Below are positions 61,680 to 64,000 of a stretch of 64,000 nucleotides of DNA, in pieces. The notes under the pieces are model-generated. The model made no database searches. It saw nothing but the letters and a program-made list of their open reading frames with translations, and had not been told where the DNA came from. Both the position numbers and the translations under genes were made by a program. This DNA is from Octopus sinensis. Taxonomy: Eukaryota. The stretch's first letter is position 1. Every line of letters starts with the position of its first letter. The stretch covers positions 9,796,001-9,860,000 of the forward strand of contig NC_043025.1 in NCBI RefSeq assembly GCF_006345805.1. The letters are read 5' to 3'.

Positions 61680-62075
61680 CTCTTTTACTTGTTTCAGTCA
61701 TTTGACTGCGGCCATGCTGGAGCACCGCCTTTAGTCGAGCAACTCGACCCCGGGACTTATTCTTTGTAAGCCCAGTACTTATTCTATCGGTCTCTTTTGC
61801 CGAACCGCTAAGTGACGGGGACGTAAACACACCAGCATCGGTTGTCAAGCAATGCTAGGGGGACAAACACAGACACACAAACATACACACACACACACAT
61901 ATACATATATGCGACGGGCTTCTTTCAGTTTCCCTCTACCAAATCCACTCACAAGGCTTTGGTCGGCCCGAGGCTATAGTAGAAGACACTTGCCCAAGGT
62001 GCCACGCAGTGGGACTGAACCCGGAACCATGTGGTTGGTAAACAAGCTACTTACCACACAGCCACTCCTGTGCCT
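61680..62075 (-). mobile_element. SINE family A copy
   Basis: Full reverse-complement match. Confidence 0.8.
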
Positions 62076-62078
62076 TAA

Positions 62079-62113
<35 letters not shown>

Positions 62114-62448
62114 TTTAATAATAATAATATTAGGGAGTAAATCCAAACTTACATGGAAAATTAGATTTAGGATTAAATCTAAAATTATAGTATAAATATA
62201 TATTATATTAAATTAGAGATAAAACCACTATTAGGCAAATCAAACAGTGAAAATCATAAGCCAATACATAGAAATAAAATTAATTAAAAATATATAAAAA
62301 ATATAAAATATAAAATATAAAAATCCAATTAAAATATTTAAATTAAATATTTTATATTTTATATTTTTTATATATTTTTTAAATAATTTTATTTCTATGT
62401 ATTTGCCTAGTAGTTGTTTTATCTCTAATTTAATATAATATATATATT

Positions 62449-62480
<32 letters not shown>

Positions 62481-62682
62481 ATATATATATATGTAAATGA
62501 GGGTGAAAAATTGATATTAATTTAATAATACCATTAATTTAACACCGAGTGGCTTAGCACAAAAAACTAGGGAGAAAATACAAATTTATACATAAATTAT
62601 TAGAGAGTTACCACTATGTGGATAGCTCTAGTGCTAAAAATAGCTCCGATAGTATAGCCACAGAAGCGATATATATATATAT

Positions 62683-63050
62683 AAATTAATAGTTATCACC
62701 ATACTAATATGGCATTCTTAAAAATAAGAATAAAGCTGTCGCTGATTAGCTCCATGAAGCCATCGCCTCAAGCTAGCTACTTGACACACAAACTGCGTCC
62801 ATTATTAAACCTCCGAACAGGGGAGGTCAGCCGCTTCAACCAGCTAGTCCGACAGCTACAGACATGTTTCAGGGTTGTTGCCCCTTCTCAATGCAGCGTA
62901 GTCAGACCTCCCCTGTTCGAAGGTTTAGTAACGGGTGCAGTTTGTGTGTCAAGTAGCTAGCTTGAGGTGGTGGCCTCTTGGAGCTAATCAGCGACAGCTT
63001 TGTTCTTATATTTAAGAATGTCATATTAGTATGGCGATAACTATTAATTT
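62683..63050. repeat. 368-bp foldback: two 146-bp inverted arms with a 76-nt loop
   Basis: 62683-62828 matches the reverse complement of 62905-63050 with about 13 mismatches, mostly transitions. Confidence 0.9.
62855..62897 (-). ncRNA. Minimal type-I hammerhead motif, U3-A8 compensatory variant
   Basis: On minus: gctgca-TTGAGAA-gggg(caacaa)ccct-GAA-ACATGT-C-tgtagc; GUC cleavage triplet and palindromic stem III. Confidence 0.65.
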
Positions 63051-63501
63051 CCAGAAACGCTGCCGTAATCTCTTTTAAAGAGACTTAGTAATTTTAATAT
63101 TTCTATATATATATATGTATATTTATATTCTTTTATTCCTTTATTTGTTTCAGTCATTGGACTGGAACTATGCTGGAGTGATACATTTAGTCAAGCAACC
63201 CGACCCTAAGACTTATTCTTTGTAAGCTGAGCACTTATTCTATCGGACCATTTTGCCGAACAGCTAAGTTACGGGAACGTATACACACCAAGAGATGCGA
63301 CAAAATGGCAAAGGAATAGTTACTACAGAGAAGATATGAAATGCAGAGTGAAGTGGAGGAATGAAAACAGACCTGAGATAAGAAAGGATCTTGTATTTGC
63401 AATTCCATTATTTAAGCAGAGGTGGTGTACGTATATGTTTCCTGTACCTTGTGTGTAAATTCCAAAAGGGAGAAAGGAAGAATTGATATATATATATATA
63501 T

Positions 63502-63535
<34 letters not shown>

Positions 63536-63539
63536 GATA

Positions 63540-63805
63540 GGTATAGGAGTGGCTGTGTGGTAAGTAGCTTGCTTACCAACCACATGGTTCCGGTTCTGTC
63601 CCACTGTGTGTCTCTGTTTGTCCCCCCAACATCGCTTGACAACAGATGCTGGTGTGTTTATGTCCCCGTAACTTAGCGGTTTGGCAAAAGAGACCTCTAG
63701 ATAAAGTACTAGGCTTACAAAGAATAAGTCCTGGGGTCGATTTGCTCGACTAAAGGCGGTGCTCCAGCATGGCCACAGTCACATGACTGAAACAAGTAAA
63801 AGAGT
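63540..63805 (+). mobile_element. SINE family A copy with internal deletion
   Basis: Head fused directly to the tail region. Confidence 0.7.
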
Positions 63806-63806
63806 A

Positions 63807-63859
<53 letters not shown>

Positions 63860-63884
63860 TATACCTCCCTGTTTTTTTCTGTGT

Positions 63885-63924
63885 ATCTTTCTGTCGAAGA
63901 GCATAGGCTCGAAACGTAAAAGAC
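63885..63924 (+). ncRNA. Hammerhead-like motif, A6U core variant (second copy)
   Basis: atcttt-CTGTCGA-a-gagc(atag)gctc-GAA-ACGT-A-aaagac; same repeat family as 9330-9480. Confidence 0.5.
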
Positions 63925-64000
63925 TTTTTCTATTCCTGAGCGTTATACTAATACATTGTTTGTTTGTACTCCACCTGCCTTCTTCTTTTGTTTATTGTTG

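Noticed and set aside
62210-62432. AT-rich imperfect palindrome
   Set aside because: Low complexity with many mismatches; weak on its own.

Overview
Eukaryotic, AT-rich, very repeat-dense scaffold segment with a 100-N gap at 58208-58307. The SINE families, the style of the C2H2 gene and the (TA)n/(TATG)n load point to an octopus (coleoid cephalopod) genome; this is inference, not verified. Genes: a tandem C2H2 zinc-finger gene with its CDS in one exon (12068-13642, minus; 16 intact fingers plus 1 degenerate), a tRNA-His(GTG) gene (60890-60961), and two two-exon, signal-peptide-bearing, probably GPI-anchored vanin/biotinidase-family genes arranged tail-to-tail by an inverted duplication (copy A plus strand 26146-33263; copy B minus strand 50853-45038). 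Copy B keeps the Glu-Lys-Cys catalytic triad. Copy A has the nucleophile Cys replaced by Gly and many changes in predicted pocket segments, while its C-terminal domain differs mostly at synonymous sites, so the pair looks like an enzyme plus a maintained pseudoenzyme. The second main observation is a set of minimal type-I hammerhead-ribozyme motifs with palindromic stem III (Penelope/retrozyme type) at 40523, 48320, 41355, 9356, 63885 and 62855. The last is a U3-A8 compensatory variant in the loop of a 368-bp foldback. The remainder is non-autonomous Helitrons (including a head-to-tail array and a filled/empty site pair), several tRNA-derived SINE families often in tandem arrays, MITEs, a scrambled Tx1/L1-like LINE, satellites and microsatellites. 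Most short ORFs in the track are repeat noise. All alignments and counts were done by eye.
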